Notes under the pieces: model-generated
Database searches by the model: none
Seen by the model: the letters and a program-made list of their open reading frames with translations, nothing else
Told to the model about the DNA's origin: nothing
Part shown: one piece after another, positions 1 through 8,863 of the stretch
Layout of the letters: every line of letters starts with the position of its first letter
How positions within the stretch are numbered: the stretch's first letter is position 1
Made by a program: the position numbers and the translations under genes
Assembly: GCA_043821645.1 (NCBI GenBank)
Contig: JBDRCO010000003.1
Location: 1-64,000 of the forward strand
Length of the DNA stretch: 64,000 nt
From: Pseudomonadota bacterium
GTDB taxonomy: Bacteria; Myxococcota; JACRCW01; JAFGSX01
Direction of reading: 5' to 3'

Positions 1-157
1 GAGCCACACCTTCGAGGACTGGCAGAAGCGCGTGGACGACCAGGTGCACCGGGCCATGTCCACCATGACCAACCTGTCGACCCTCGGCAGCGAGCTTCAG
101 GCCCTGCGCAGTCGCGTCAGCGAGCTCGAGGAGACCCTGTCCCGGCTCGAGCGCTAG
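1..157 (+). CDS. 3' end of a gene entering from the left edge; coiled-coil C-terminus, possibly a PhaR-like PHA synthesis regulator
   Basis: Frame 2 is open from the edge to TAG at 155-157 (SHTFEDWQKRVDDQVHRAMSTMTNLSTLGSELQALRSRVSELEETLSRLER) with genome-typical codon usage. The identity is inferred from context only. Confidence 0.5.
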   Translation, partial: SHTFEDWQKRVDDQVHRAMSTMTNLSTLGSELQALRSRVSELEETLSRLER

Positions 158-248
158 CCCACCTTCCCGACCACGAGCACACCTCTTCAGCGCGCCCCGT
201 CCACGGGGACGCTCTGGACATCCTGTGCAGGGGCCAGACCTGGACCGG

Positions 249-1067
249 TCAGGCGGTGGCCTGGGCAGGCGGGGCGCTGGCCCGGGGACTAGCGTCGGGC
301 TGCAGGGCGACGATCTCCTCGCACAGGGCGCGCAGGGTGACCGCACCGGAGCACCGTGGTGCATACTCCCAGATGCTCTTGCCGTGGCTCTGAGCCTCAT
401 CGATGCGCACGTTGTAGCTCATGACGGTGCGCGAGACGCGATCGCCGAAGTGGCCGCGTAGCTTGGTCAGGATCTCGTCGGCGAGGCGGGTCGGGCGATA
501 CAGGGTCGGCACCACCAGGCTCACCCGCAGGCCGGTGTGCTGGTAGCGGTCGCGGACCTGCTGCACGGTGTCGACGATCTCGGCGCAGCCGTCGAGACCC
601 AGGTAGGTCATGGGCACCGGGATCACGATCTCCTCGGCAGCCAGCATGACCCCGAGCGAGAACAGGCCCAGGGAGGGCGGCGAGTCGAAGATCACGGTGT
701 CGTAGGACCTGAACAGGGGCCGCAGTCGATCGCGCACCAGCAGCTCCCGGCGTGGTTGAGCTGCCGCCTCCAAAGGCCAGTCGGCGAGCCTTTTGTTGCT
801 GGCCACCACGTCGAGATCCGGAAGGCGTGTCCGCTGCACCACCTGACCGGGGGCCAGGGTGTCGTTCACCAGCAGTTCGCGCATCGTGGCGTCGAGGCGC
901 CGCACATCAAGACCCAGTGCCTTGCCGGCCTGGCCCTGAGGGTCGAGGTCCACCAGCAACACGCGCTGCCTGGCCTCGGTGGCCAGGTAGGCCGCGATGT
1001 TAACCGCCAGTGTGGTCTTGCAGGAGCCGCCCTTCTCGTTGATGAAGGCGATGCGCCTCGCACTCAT
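249..1067 (-). CDS. ParA/Soj-family ATPase
   Basis: Deviant Walker A NEKGGSCKTT, LLVDLDPQG, FDSPPSLG, RIDEAQSHGKSIWEYAP. Confidence 0.92.
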   Translation of the reverse strand: MSARRIAFINEKGGSCKTTLAVNIAAYLATEARQRVLLVDLDPQGQAGKALGLDVRRLDATMRELLVNDTLAPGQVVQRTRLPDLDVVASNKRLADWPLEAAAQPRRELLVRDRLRPLFRSYDTVIFDSPPSLGLFSLGVMLAAEEIVIPVPMTYLGLDGCAEIVDTVQQVRDRYQHTGLRVSLVVPTLYRPTRLADEILTKLRGHFGDRVSRTVMSYNVRIDEAQSHGKSIWEYAPRCSGAVTLRALCEEIVALQPDASPRASAPPAQATA

Positions 1068-1432
1068 GGCGCGTTGTCCTCGTCCGCTGCTGTGGTGGGG
1101 GTCGTTGCGCGAGGGCGTCGGGTGGGTTTGGGTTTGCTTCGCAGCAGCCCCTCGACCAGCTTCACCTCGGTGGACAGCTCCGCGATCAAGGACTCGAGTT
1201 CTTCGAGCTTGGCCTCAAGCTGCGCCACGTCCTCAAGCGTCGGCACGTTGAATAGCTGCAGCATCCGGGCCAGGCCCTTCTCGATGCCATTGCGCGCGGT
1301 GGCCCCGGACGTCACGGCCTTCTCCACCGAGTGGATGAAACGTTCTGACGACAGCATCTCTCCCAGGGCAACGCCGAAGCGCTCCTCGCTCAGGGACAGC
1401 AGACGCCTCAAGAGTGATGCAGCCTCGGCCAT
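1064..1432 (-). CDS. Phasin-like / PHA granule-associated helical protein
   Basis: LFNVPTLEDVAQLEAKLEELE motif resembles the phasin C-terminal 'NLPSxxDV' helix; GGGGGAGG SD upstream; 4-nt overlap with parA. Confidence 0.55.
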   Translation of the reverse strand: MAEAASLLRRLLSLSEERFGVALGEMLSSERFIHSVEKAVTSGATARNGIEKGLARMLQLFNVPTLEDVAQLEAKLEELESLIAELSTEVKLVEGLLRSKPKPTRRPRATTPTTAADEDNAP

Positions 1433-1600
1433 GAATGCCTCCCCCGCCGATGCTTCCCGCCGACGGAGCTCGCATCATCAGTCGGCGATCTCAACACTGT
1501 CAAGGCAGCGGGCGCCCCGAAGGCGCGAATCCTCGTGGACAAGCACGGCGCCGCCGGGTTAGGGACCAGGCTCGTGCCACGCGCACCAGATGGAGTCCCA

Positions 1601-2584
1601 GTGACGCATCCCCTGCGACGGCCCTTGCAGCTGGTCACCGGCAAGGGCGGTGTGGGCAAGAGTGTGATGTCTGCGGCCATCGCCTGGCGCCTGGCCCGCG
1701 AAGGCCGCCGTACGCTGCTGTTCCAGGTTCATGCTACCGACGCCCATTCTCGCATGCTCGAGGTGGCGCCCATCACCCCCGAGCTGCGCCAGGTCCACCC
1801 CTACCTCTACGCCGTCAACACCACCCCGGCTGACGCCCTGCGCGAGTACGGCCTGCTGGTGCTGCGCTTTCGCACGGTTTACAACGCCGTGTTCGAGAAT
1901 CGACTGGTCAAGTACCTGCTGCGCTTCATTCCCTCGCTGGCCGAGGTGAACATGCTGGGCAAGGCCTGGTACCACGTGGATCAGGGCCGCGGGCACGAGC
2001 CAGTGTTCGACCACGTCATCGTCGATGCTCCAGCCACGGGGCATGGCCTGGCCTTCGTGCGCGTGGCGCGGGTGGTGGCGGATGGAGCGGTGCCGGGTCC
2101 GCTCAAGACCCAGGCCGAGGACATGGCGCGCACCATCGAGGACCCGGAACTCACCGCGGTCCACGTTGTCTGTCTTCCGGAACTGATGCCGGTGGAGGAA
2201 ACCCTGGAACTGACCGCGAGTCTGCGCCGCCTGCGTGCCGCCCCCCTGGGCATCGCGGTGCTCAATCGCTTCGGTGCGCACCTTTTCGCACCCGGTGACG
2301 CGGAGTTCCTTGCGCAGGTGACGGCGCAGGATGGGACGCGGTCGGTGATCGAGCGCGCCCGGCTGCGGGCTGACCGCGAGAGCGAGGAGATGCGCCTGGC
2401 CGCGCTGCTGCGTCAGGGGCTGGGCATGCCCCTGATCGAAGTGTCGGACCGCATCGAGCCAGTGCACGATCTGGCGAGCGTGGCGGCCATCGGCGATCAC
2501 CTGTTCACCCAGGCCGAGACCTTGAATTCTGCTGCGCCGGCTCCCGGATCGCACAACACGGTGGCGTCGCATGACCCCGCTTGA
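1601..2584 (+). CDS. ArsA/Get3-like ATPase (BagA-like subunit)
   Basis: VTGKGGVGKS Walker A, VIVDAPATGH, LPELMPVEET; GTG start at 1601 after GGAG. Confidence 0.88.
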   Translation: MTHPLRRPLQLVTGKGGVGKSVMSAAIAWRLAREGRRTLLFQVHATDAHSRMLEVAPITPELRQVHPYLYAVNTTPADALREYGLLVLRFRTVYNAVFENRLVKYLLRFIPSLAEVNMLGKAWYHVDQGRGHEPVFDHVIVDAPATGHGLAFVRVARVVADGAVPGPLKTQAEDMARTIEDPELTAVHVVCLPELMPVEETLELTASLRRLRAAPLGIAVLNRFGAHLFAPGDAEFLAQVTAQDGTRSVIERARLRADRESEEMRLAALLRQGLGMPLIEVSDRIEPVHDLASVAAIGDHLFTQAETLNSAAPAPGSHNTVASHDPA

Positions 2585-3719
2585 AACCCTGGTGCGGGAG
2601 CGCCACGTGATCTGTGTGGTGGGGCCCGGTGGTGTGGGCAAGACCACCACCGCGGCAGCGTTGGGCGTGTGCGCGGCGCGGGCAGGGCGACGCAGCCTGA
2701 TCATCACCATCGATCCTGCGCGCCGGCTGGCCACTGCCATGGGGTTGGCCGAGCTGGCCCAGGTCGAGCGCGAGGTGCGCGTACCCATGGCGGATGGCAC
2801 GCATGTGACGCTGCACGCCATGATGCTGGATCTCAAGCTGGCCTGGGATGACATGGTCCGTCGCCTGTCCCGGGACAAGGCCCAGCAGGAGCGCATCCTC
2901 GGCAATCGCTTCTATCACTACCTGTCGACCTCCCTGGCCGGTGCCCAGGAATACATCGCCTGCGAGCAGCTCTACACGCTGTGCGCGGAGCGCGACTATG
3001 ACCTGATCGTCCTTGACACGCCGCCCTCGGCCCACGCCATCGACTTCCTCGAGGCCCCGGGACGCATTCTCGATGTGCTGGAAAACGAGGCCTTGCGCCT
3101 GGTCGTCACCCCCTCGCTGGCCGCGGGCCGCGCCTCGCTGCGCCTGCTCGACTTGGGCAGCCGCTACGTGGCGCGGTCCTTGACCAAGATGGCCGGGGTC
3201 GAGATGCTCCAGGCCATCGCCGACTTCCTGCTCGCCTTTGAGGGCATGTACGGAGCCCTCAAGGAGCGCACTCTGGGCTTTCGCGACATCTTCACCTCGC
3301 CCGACACGGCCTTCGTCGTGGTGGCCACCCCGGCGCAGCAAGCGCTGGCCGAGGCTGTGGCGCTGGGCGAGCGGCTGGCTCACGACGGCTTGCCCCTCGG
3401 CGCCGTGGTGCTCAACCAGATTCACCTGCCGGTCGCGGTCGAGGTCGATGCGCAGGCCGTCGCCAGTGTCTTGCCGCCCGCGCTGGACGCGGCAGCGCGC
3501 GGACGCCTGGCTGGCGTGGTCCTGCAAGCAGCGCGACGGCACAACCGCGAGGTCGAGGTGGAGGCGCTGGGTATCGCGCGCAGCCTCGGCGAGGCGCTCG
3601 CGGTCCCGCGCGTGCTGGTCCCTCGACTCGGTCACGACGTCCATGACATGAAGGCGCTGGTCGAGATGGCCGACCAGCTCTGTCCAGTCCTCACGCCGAC
3701 CATCCAGGGGAACGCATGA
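2571..3719 (+). CDS. ArsA/Get3-like ATPase (BagB-like subunit)
   Basis: VGPGGVGKTT, TIDPARRLA, LAGAQEY, IVLDTPPSAHAIDFLEAP; overlaps the preceding ATPase gene. Confidence 0.9.
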   Translation: MTPLETLVRERHVICVVGPGGVGKTTTAAALGVCAARAGRRSLIITIDPARRLATAMGLAELAQVEREVRVPMADGTHVTLHAMMLDLKLAWDDMVRRLSRDKAQQERILGNRFYHYLSTSLAGAQEYIACEQLYTLCAERDYDLIVLDTPPSAHAIDFLEAPGRILDVLENEALRLVVTPSLAAGRASLRLLDLGSRYVARSLTKMAGVEMLQAIADFLLAFEGMYGALKERTLGFRDIFTSPDTAFVVVATPAQQALAEAVALGERLAHDGLPLGAVVLNQIHLPVAVEVDAQAVASVLPPALDAAARGRLAGVVLQAARRHNREVEVEALGIARSLGEALAVPRVLVPRLGHDVHDMKALVEMADQLCPVLTPTIQGNA

Positions 3720-4114
3720 CAGGGACCAGAGAGTTCAGCATCCGCACCTCGCAGCGAGAACAGATCGTCGATGTCACGGACCGCGTGCGGCAGGTGGTGC
3801 GCGAACTCGGTGTCGCTGACGGCATCGTGCACATCTACTGTCCTCACACCACGGCGGGGATTCTGATCCAGGAGAACTCGGATCCAGATCTCAAGGAGGA
3901 CATCCTGGAAGCACTGGCGCGGTTGGTGCCACGGGAGGGCTGGCGTCACCGCGAGGGCAACGCCGATGCACACCTCAAGAGCATCATGTGTGGTGCCAGT
4001 GCGACCCTGCCGTTGCAGGGTGGCCGGCTGATGCTCGGGACCTGGCAGGATATCTATTTTGGGGAGTTTGACGGTCCCCGCAGCCGGACCGTGATCGTGA
4101 CCGTGGTGGGGTGA
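3716..4114 (+). CDS. yjbQ: YjbQ / UPF0047 family protein
   Basis: CPHTTAGILIQENSDPD, HREGNADAHLKS, LGTWQDIYFGEFDGPR. Confidence 0.93.
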   Translation: MTGTREFSIRTSQREQIVDVTDRVRQVVRELGVADGIVHIYCPHTTAGILIQENSDPDLKEDILEALARLVPREGWRHREGNADAHLKSIMCGASATLPLQGGRLMLGTWQDIYFGEFDGPRSRTVIVTVVG

Positions 4115-4118
4115 CAGG

Positions 4119-5282
4119 ATGCGGCACGCTCGACATCTGAACCTGTGCCTGTTGCTGGTCGCGACCGTCGGTTGCGCCACCACAACGGGGACCACACGCG
4201 AGCTTCGCTTCCCGCCCATGCACGTGGTGGCTGGACCCCAGCTGCCGGATGCCCTGGATAGCTATGACGACAAGACCCTGTTCGAGCGCGGGGTCGAGTT
4301 CCTCGATGCCTCGGCCAACGAGGAAGCCCTGCTGTACTTCGGTCGCCTGGTGGTGCAGTTCCCCGAGAGCAGCTTCGTCAAGCCCAGCTACTACAACCTG
4401 GGCGTGGCACTCTCGAACCTGCACCGGTGCGAGGAAGCGCTGGAGAAATTCGACATCTACCTGGGCATTCTCGACGAGGGCAGCGAGTACCAGGATTCGG
4501 TCGACGCGCGCTTCAAGAAAGGTGTGTGCCTGGCCGAGCTGGGCCGCTACCAGGAGGTGGCCGAGCAGTACGATCTGATGCTGGTCGAGGAACAGCTCAG
4601 GGATGCGGATCGCGTCGAGGCGCTGGTCGACTCGGGCATCGGCCACTTCATGCTCGGTGATCCCGTCACCGCCGAGTACCGCATGCGCGACGCCATCCGC
4701 CTGCATCGCAATGCTGAACGCCTGCAGCGTCTGGAGTCGGACTACCACATTGCCCAGGCGCATTTTTACATCGGTGAGATCTATCGCGCCGAGTTCTCGC
4801 GGCTCAAGTTGACCCTGCCGCCGCCGGGCGAAGACCAGAAGGAGCAGATGGCCAGCCAGCTCGAGGACAAGTGCCAGCGCCTGCTCAGCGCCCAGTACGC
4901 GTACATCCGGGCCATCAAGATCGGCAATTCCGGCTGGGCCACCGCGGCGGGCTACAAGATCGGCACGCTGTACGAGGAACTCTACGACGACATGGTGAAC
5001 CTGCCGGTGCCCGATGACCTGGACAGTGAGCAGGCGCAGCTCTACCTCGTCGAGCTCAAGAAACGGGTCCATGTGCTGGTCAAGAAGGCCATCCTGGTCT
5101 GGGAGCGCTCGCTGGACATGGCCAACCGCACGGGCTCGGACAACGAGTGGGTGCGCCGCACCGAGACCAGCCTGGAGCGGCTGCGCTCCCTGCTGCAGCA
5201 GGACGAGGAGCTGTTCCAGGCCGCCGACGCTGACAGCGCACCTGCCAGCGGTCCGGCCACCGGTTCGGAAGGCGGCGCGTGA
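4119..5282 (+). CDS. TPR-repeat lipoprotein
   Basis: Lipobox-like LLLVATVGC; TPR helices (SYYNLGVAL, ARFKKGVCLAELGRY, AHFYIGEIY). Confidence 0.8.
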   Translation: MRHARHLNLCLLLVATVGCATTTGTTRELRFPPMHVVAGPQLPDALDSYDDKTLFERGVEFLDASANEEALLYFGRLVVQFPESSFVKPSYYNLGVALSNLHRCEEALEKFDIYLGILDEGSEYQDSVDARFKKGVCLAELGRYQEVAEQYDLMLVEEQLRDADRVEALVDSGIGHFMLGDPVTAEYRMRDAIRLHRNAERLQRLESDYHIAQAHFYIGEIYRAEFSRLKLTLPPPGEDQKEQMASQLEDKCQRLLSAQYAYIRAIKIGNSGWATAAGYKIGTLYEELYDDMVNLPVPDDLDSEQAQLYLVELKKRVHVLVKKAILVWERSLDMANRTGSDNEWVRRTETSLERLRSLLQQDEELFQAADADSAPASGPATGSEGGA

Positions 5283-5677
5283 CCTGCTACCTGGCCATCG
5301 ACCTTGGCAAGCTCCGAGTGGGCCTGGCCAGCGCTGACGACGTGGAGCGCGTGGTCACGCCCCTCGAGGTCCTTGATGGACGCGACCGCCGCGTGCTCAT
5401 CGATCGACTCGCCGTGCTGGCCGCGGAGCGCGATGCCGAGTTCGTGGTGGGCCTGCCCCTGAGCCTCGAGGGTGAAGAGCAGCGTGTGAGCAAAAACGCC
5501 CGGGCCTTTGCCAGGACCCTCGCGCGGGCCACCGGGCGACCGGTGCACCTGCAGGACGAGACCCTGAGCAGTTTCGAGGCCCTGGAGCTGGCGCGCGGCG
5601 CTGGCCGCAGCTCACGTGAGCCCATCGACGATCTCGCGGCGGGGGTGCTGCTGCGGGATTTTCTGGCCTCGCGCTGA
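5279..5677 (+). CDS. ruvX: YqgF/RuvX family nuclease
   Basis: YLAIDLGKLRVGLA, FVVGLPL, QDETLSS, IDDLAAGVLL. Confidence 0.92.
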   Translation: MTCYLAIDLGKLRVGLASADDVERVVTPLEVLDGRDRRVLIDRLAVLAAERDAEFVVGLPLSLEGEEQRVSKNARAFARTLARATGRPVHLQDETLSSFEALELARGAGRSSREPIDDLAAGVLLRDFLASR

Positions 5678-5684
5678 GCCCGGG

Positions 5685-7703
5685 TCAGGGTTCGAAGCGC
5701 ATCACGCTGAGGCCTGTGACCGTGCTCGTGGGCCTGTCCTTCATGAGCACATAGATCGAGTCGCTGCCCCCCGCGACCAGGATCGGGAACGATCTGATCG
5801 ACCCACCACGGCTGGTCGCGATCGTGACGTGGTGCCAGCTATCCACGTCGTCCGGCGCATCACCAGCGGCGATCATGTGGAGCGCGTAGGACTCCAGGCC
5901 GGTGCTCAGCAGCACCAGATCGCCTCTGGCGGTCACCGTGCCGTCGATGATCTGGTAGCTCGCCGCGCCAACCTGGCCCGTGATGTCCAGGCAGTCCGTG
6001 GCGCCGTCGTGGTCGGCGTCGTCGCACCACATCGCGTTCACCGATCCCGTGCCGTAGGCGATACCTCCTATGCCCCAGGGCAGGATGCCACGCCACTCGG
6101 CGTCCGCGGTCACCGTGCTCACCTCTCGTTCCGGCAGCCTGTCCTGATTCGCGTCGTCGTGCAGCCGCTTGTACATCGTCGCCACGGTACGTTTTCGGGC
6201 CAGGAGCATGCCCGCGTAGTAGCGCGTGGGAATACAGGGGGCGGGCGCACACTGGCTGTAGGAATAAGGCAGCACCGCCGTCATCGCGGCCTGGGTTTGC
6301 GTCAGGGTGTCGTGGGCGGTGTTGAGTCCAACCGTGCACGAGTCCGCGAACTGTACGGAGTTGAAGCATCGCGACAGGCGCCCTGTGGTGGGCGTGGTGG
6401 CGTCCTGACCGGCCAACCAGTAGTTCGAGCCGGTGTAGAACTGTCCCTCGGTGAGGGTCTGGATCGATGCGATGGAGCTGAGTTCGGCACTGGCGACCAC
6501 GGAGTTGATCCAGTTGCCGGTGGACCAGTCGACGGTCCCGGTCGAGGTATCGATCACGCCGAGAACAGGTCCCGCTGAGGCGGTCGCCGCGGCGAGTCCT
6601 CCGCCCATCGTGGTCCCCTCGCCGATCTGGACCGGCCCCCAGCGAGTGGTGTCGCTGGCACCGACCTCGAACACGCCGGTGACGTCGAGGGCCAGGCAGG
6701 TGACCCTCCCCGACGACGCATCCTGGTGCCAGTTGGCCAGGGCCAGGTACTTGCCGCTGCGATTCTCGAAGTCGGCGGCCGGGGGGTCCACGGACCAGGC
6801 GTCGCAGCCACAGTCCCCGCAGTCCAGGTCAAGGGTGCTACTGGTCTTGCCCACGCACGTGCCAGCCAGGCAGAAGTTGGGCAGGGAGACCGCGCCCCCC
6901 AGATCACAGGTCTCGAAGTCCGGTCCGGTGGAATAGCGGCAGTCCAGGGTGGCGTGGCAGGTGCCTCCGGTCTTGCACTGCGGGGCGGGCTGGCAGTTGG
7001 CGTCGTTGGCGGTGAACTGACAGCCCAGCACTGCGTCACAGGTGTCATCGGTGCAGTCAACGCCGTCGCTGCACTGGCTGTGAATCGGCGTGAACTGGCA
7101 GTCGAGGGTGGAGTGGCAGGTGTCTGCCGTGCAATCGACGTCGTCATTGCAGTTGGCGTTGTTGGGAGTGAACACGCAGCCCGTCGCCGTGCACACATCA
7201 TCGGTGCAGTCGACGCTGTCATCGCAGGCCGTGTTGCTGGTGGCGAACACGCAGTGGCCGTCTTCACAATAGTCGAGCGTGCAGGCCACGTTGTCATTGC
7301 ACTCGTTGCCGGTCGGGGTGCACTCGGGCGCCGCACTGTCGGCAACCGCTGTGTCGGGGACGGTGGCGTCCGCAACGAACGCGTCCGTGGCGATGATGTC
7401 CGTGGCTCCGAGGTCACTGGCCGCGACCTGGTCCGCGGTCTGGAGATCTGTGGCCGCAGCATCGAGGGGAGCGTTCTGGTCCGCGCTGGCTGCGTCCTGC
7501 ATCGCGGCAGTGTCGGTCGTCGCGATGTCCGTGCCCGTCACGTCCGCAGCCAGGGCGTCCAGCGAGCTGGCATCGCCGGTGATGGTCGAGCGGTCGCGGC
7601 CACTGCTCCCTCCGTCGTCACCCGCGGGCTCGGGGCCACACTGGCAGGCACCGACGCAGCACAGCAGGGTGACGAAGCTGATTCTCAGCGGGCGGGTACG
7701 CAT
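5685..7703 (-). CDS. Cys-rich exported/lipoprotein with CDDxxxCTxDxC repeats
   Basis: Signal ending VGACQCG, Asp/Ala/Thr-rich linker, four repeats (CNDNVACTLDYC, CDDSVDCTDDVC, CNDDVDCTADTC, CSDGVDCTDDTC), beta-rich C-terminus. ATG 7703 preferred. Confidence 0.75.
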   Translation of the reverse strand: MRTRPLRISFVTLLCCVGACQCGPEPAGDDGGSSGRDRSTITGDASSLDALAADVTGTDIATTDTAAMQDAASADQNAPLDAAATDLQTADQVAASDLGATDIIATDAFVADATVPDTAVADSAAPECTPTGNECNDNVACTLDYCEDGHCVFATSNTACDDSVDCTDDVCTATGCVFTPNNANCNDDVDCTADTCHSTLDCQFTPIHSQCSDGVDCTDDTCDAVLGCQFTANDANCQPAPQCKTGGTCHATLDCRYSTGPDFETCDLGGAVSLPNFCLAGTCVGKTSSTLDLDCGDCGCDAWSVDPPAADFENRSGKYLALANWHQDASSGRVTCLALDVTGVFEVGASDTTRWGPVQIGEGTTMGGGLAAATASAGPVLGVIDTSTGTVDWSTGNWINSVVASAELSSIASIQTLTEGQFYTGSNYWLAGQDATTPTTGRLSRCFNSVQFADSCTVGLNTAHDTLTQTQAAMTAVLPYSYSQCAPAPCIPTRYYAGMLLARKRTVATMYKRLHDDANQDRLPEREVSTVTADAEWRGILPWGIGGIAYGTGSVNAMWCDDADHDGATDCLDITGQVGAASYQIIDGTVTARGDLVLLSTGLESYALHMIAAGDAPDDVDSWHHVTIATSRGGSIRSFPILVAGGSDSIYVLMKDRPTSTVTGLSVMRFEP

Positions 7704-7818
7704 GATTTCCCCCGAACGAAGTCGGAATGGTTGAAGAACAGGTGGTGAGAACCTTACCACTCCGGGTGTCTTGATTCCCGCGAAAACGCAGCGCAGCGCG
7801 GGTTGCAGGTGGCCTCGG

Positions 7819-8364
7819 TCAGTCCACCAGCAAGAAGGCGTAGCGGTTCATCTCGTCGCTGGTGGTGCGCAGCACTTCGATGGGCAGGCCCGCCCGCCGC
7901 GCGGTGCCAAACACGTCGATGGCCATGGCCTCCGGGCTGGGCCTCATGCGCTGGGGATCCGTGCAGCCCCCGCGGCGCGGAGCGCAGTCCTGGCACAGGT
8001 TGCAGCTGTCCAGGAACAGCAGGAAGGCTTTGGGAAACCCTGCCAGGAACACGTCGCGCTCGAGAGCCAGCAGCCCGGTGTTGACCTCGCGAGTCCAGGC
8101 GTGGCGGTCTCGTGGATGGTCGACCTTTCGTGCGAAGTGCAGGATCAGCGCGTTGCTGTAATCGTCCAGAAAGGCGCGGCACTCGGCCACCGACGGGGTA
8201 CTGGGCGGGCAGCAGGCCCGGTGTCCGTATTCCGGACAGCCATACATGCATTTCATGCGCACCCACTGCGCCGTGGTGATGTCCGATGGGTGTAGCCAGC
8301 GATGGTCGGGGACTGCGTGCTGCGCCAGCAACTGATCCATCGCTTCCTGGTCGATGCTGGCCAC
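7819..8364 (-). CDS. DUF2284-like predicted metal-binding protein
   Basis: WVRMKCMYGCPEYG..CCPP, CNLCQDC, RPSPEAMAIDVF; GTG at 8364 after GGGAGG. Confidence 0.85.
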   Translation of the reverse strand: MASIDQEAMDQLLAQHAVPDHRWLHPSDITTAQWVRMKCMYGCPEYGHRACCPPSTPSVAECRAFLDDYSNALILHFARKVDHPRDRHAWTREVNTGLLALERDVFLAGFPKAFLLFLDSCNLCQDCAPRRGGCTDPQRMRPSPEAMAIDVFGTARRAGLPIEVLRTTSDEMNRYAFLLVD

Positions 8365-8548
8365 GGGACCTCCCTGCACATGATCGCACAACAAGACTAT
8401 CAGGCCACCAACCGAGTGGTCTTTGCGCACACACAGGGGACAGGCCTTGATCGTGATCCTGCCGGGATTGTCAGAGAGGTCAGGTTTTGTCCACAGACCC
8501 GTGTTGGCTCGCTATATTGGCCACTCCACGCGACCTGGAGGAGAGCGG

Positions 8549-8863
8549 ATGCAGGACGCTGACCGCCTGGTGCAGCAGCGCGATCTCGTGACCCGGCACA
8601 TCGAGCAGGAGACCGTGCTGGTGCCGGTGTGCGCTGGCGTTGCCGACCTCGAGGCCATCTACACCCTCAACGCAGTGGGCACCGTGGTGTGGGAGTGCCT
8701 CGATGGCTCGCGCACTGTGTCGCAGATCGTCGACGAGGTGGTCGCACGCTTCGAGGTGGAAGCCGCGCTCGCTCGGCAGGATGTCGAGGCCTTCCTCGAC
8801 GACATGCTGCGCGAAGGCCTGGCTTGTGAACGGGGGGCTGTGGGGCGCGATGGACCTGCTTGA
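8549..8863 (+). CDS. PqqD-family RiPP recognition element (RRE)
   Basis: ETVLVPV..IYTLNAVGTVVWECLDGSRTVSQIV..FEV..ARQDVEAFL; GGAGGA SD then ATG 8549. Confidence 0.92.
   Translation: MQDADRLVQQRDLVTRHIEQETVLVPVCAGVADLEAIYTLNAVGTVVWECLDGSRTVSQIVDEVVARFEVEAALARQDVEAFLDDMLREGLACERGAVGRDGPA

Noticed and set aside
1601-3719. Arsenic-resistance operon
   Set aside because: No arsB/acr3, arsC, arsD or arsR; these are single-domain ATPases of the BagAB/Get3-like type.
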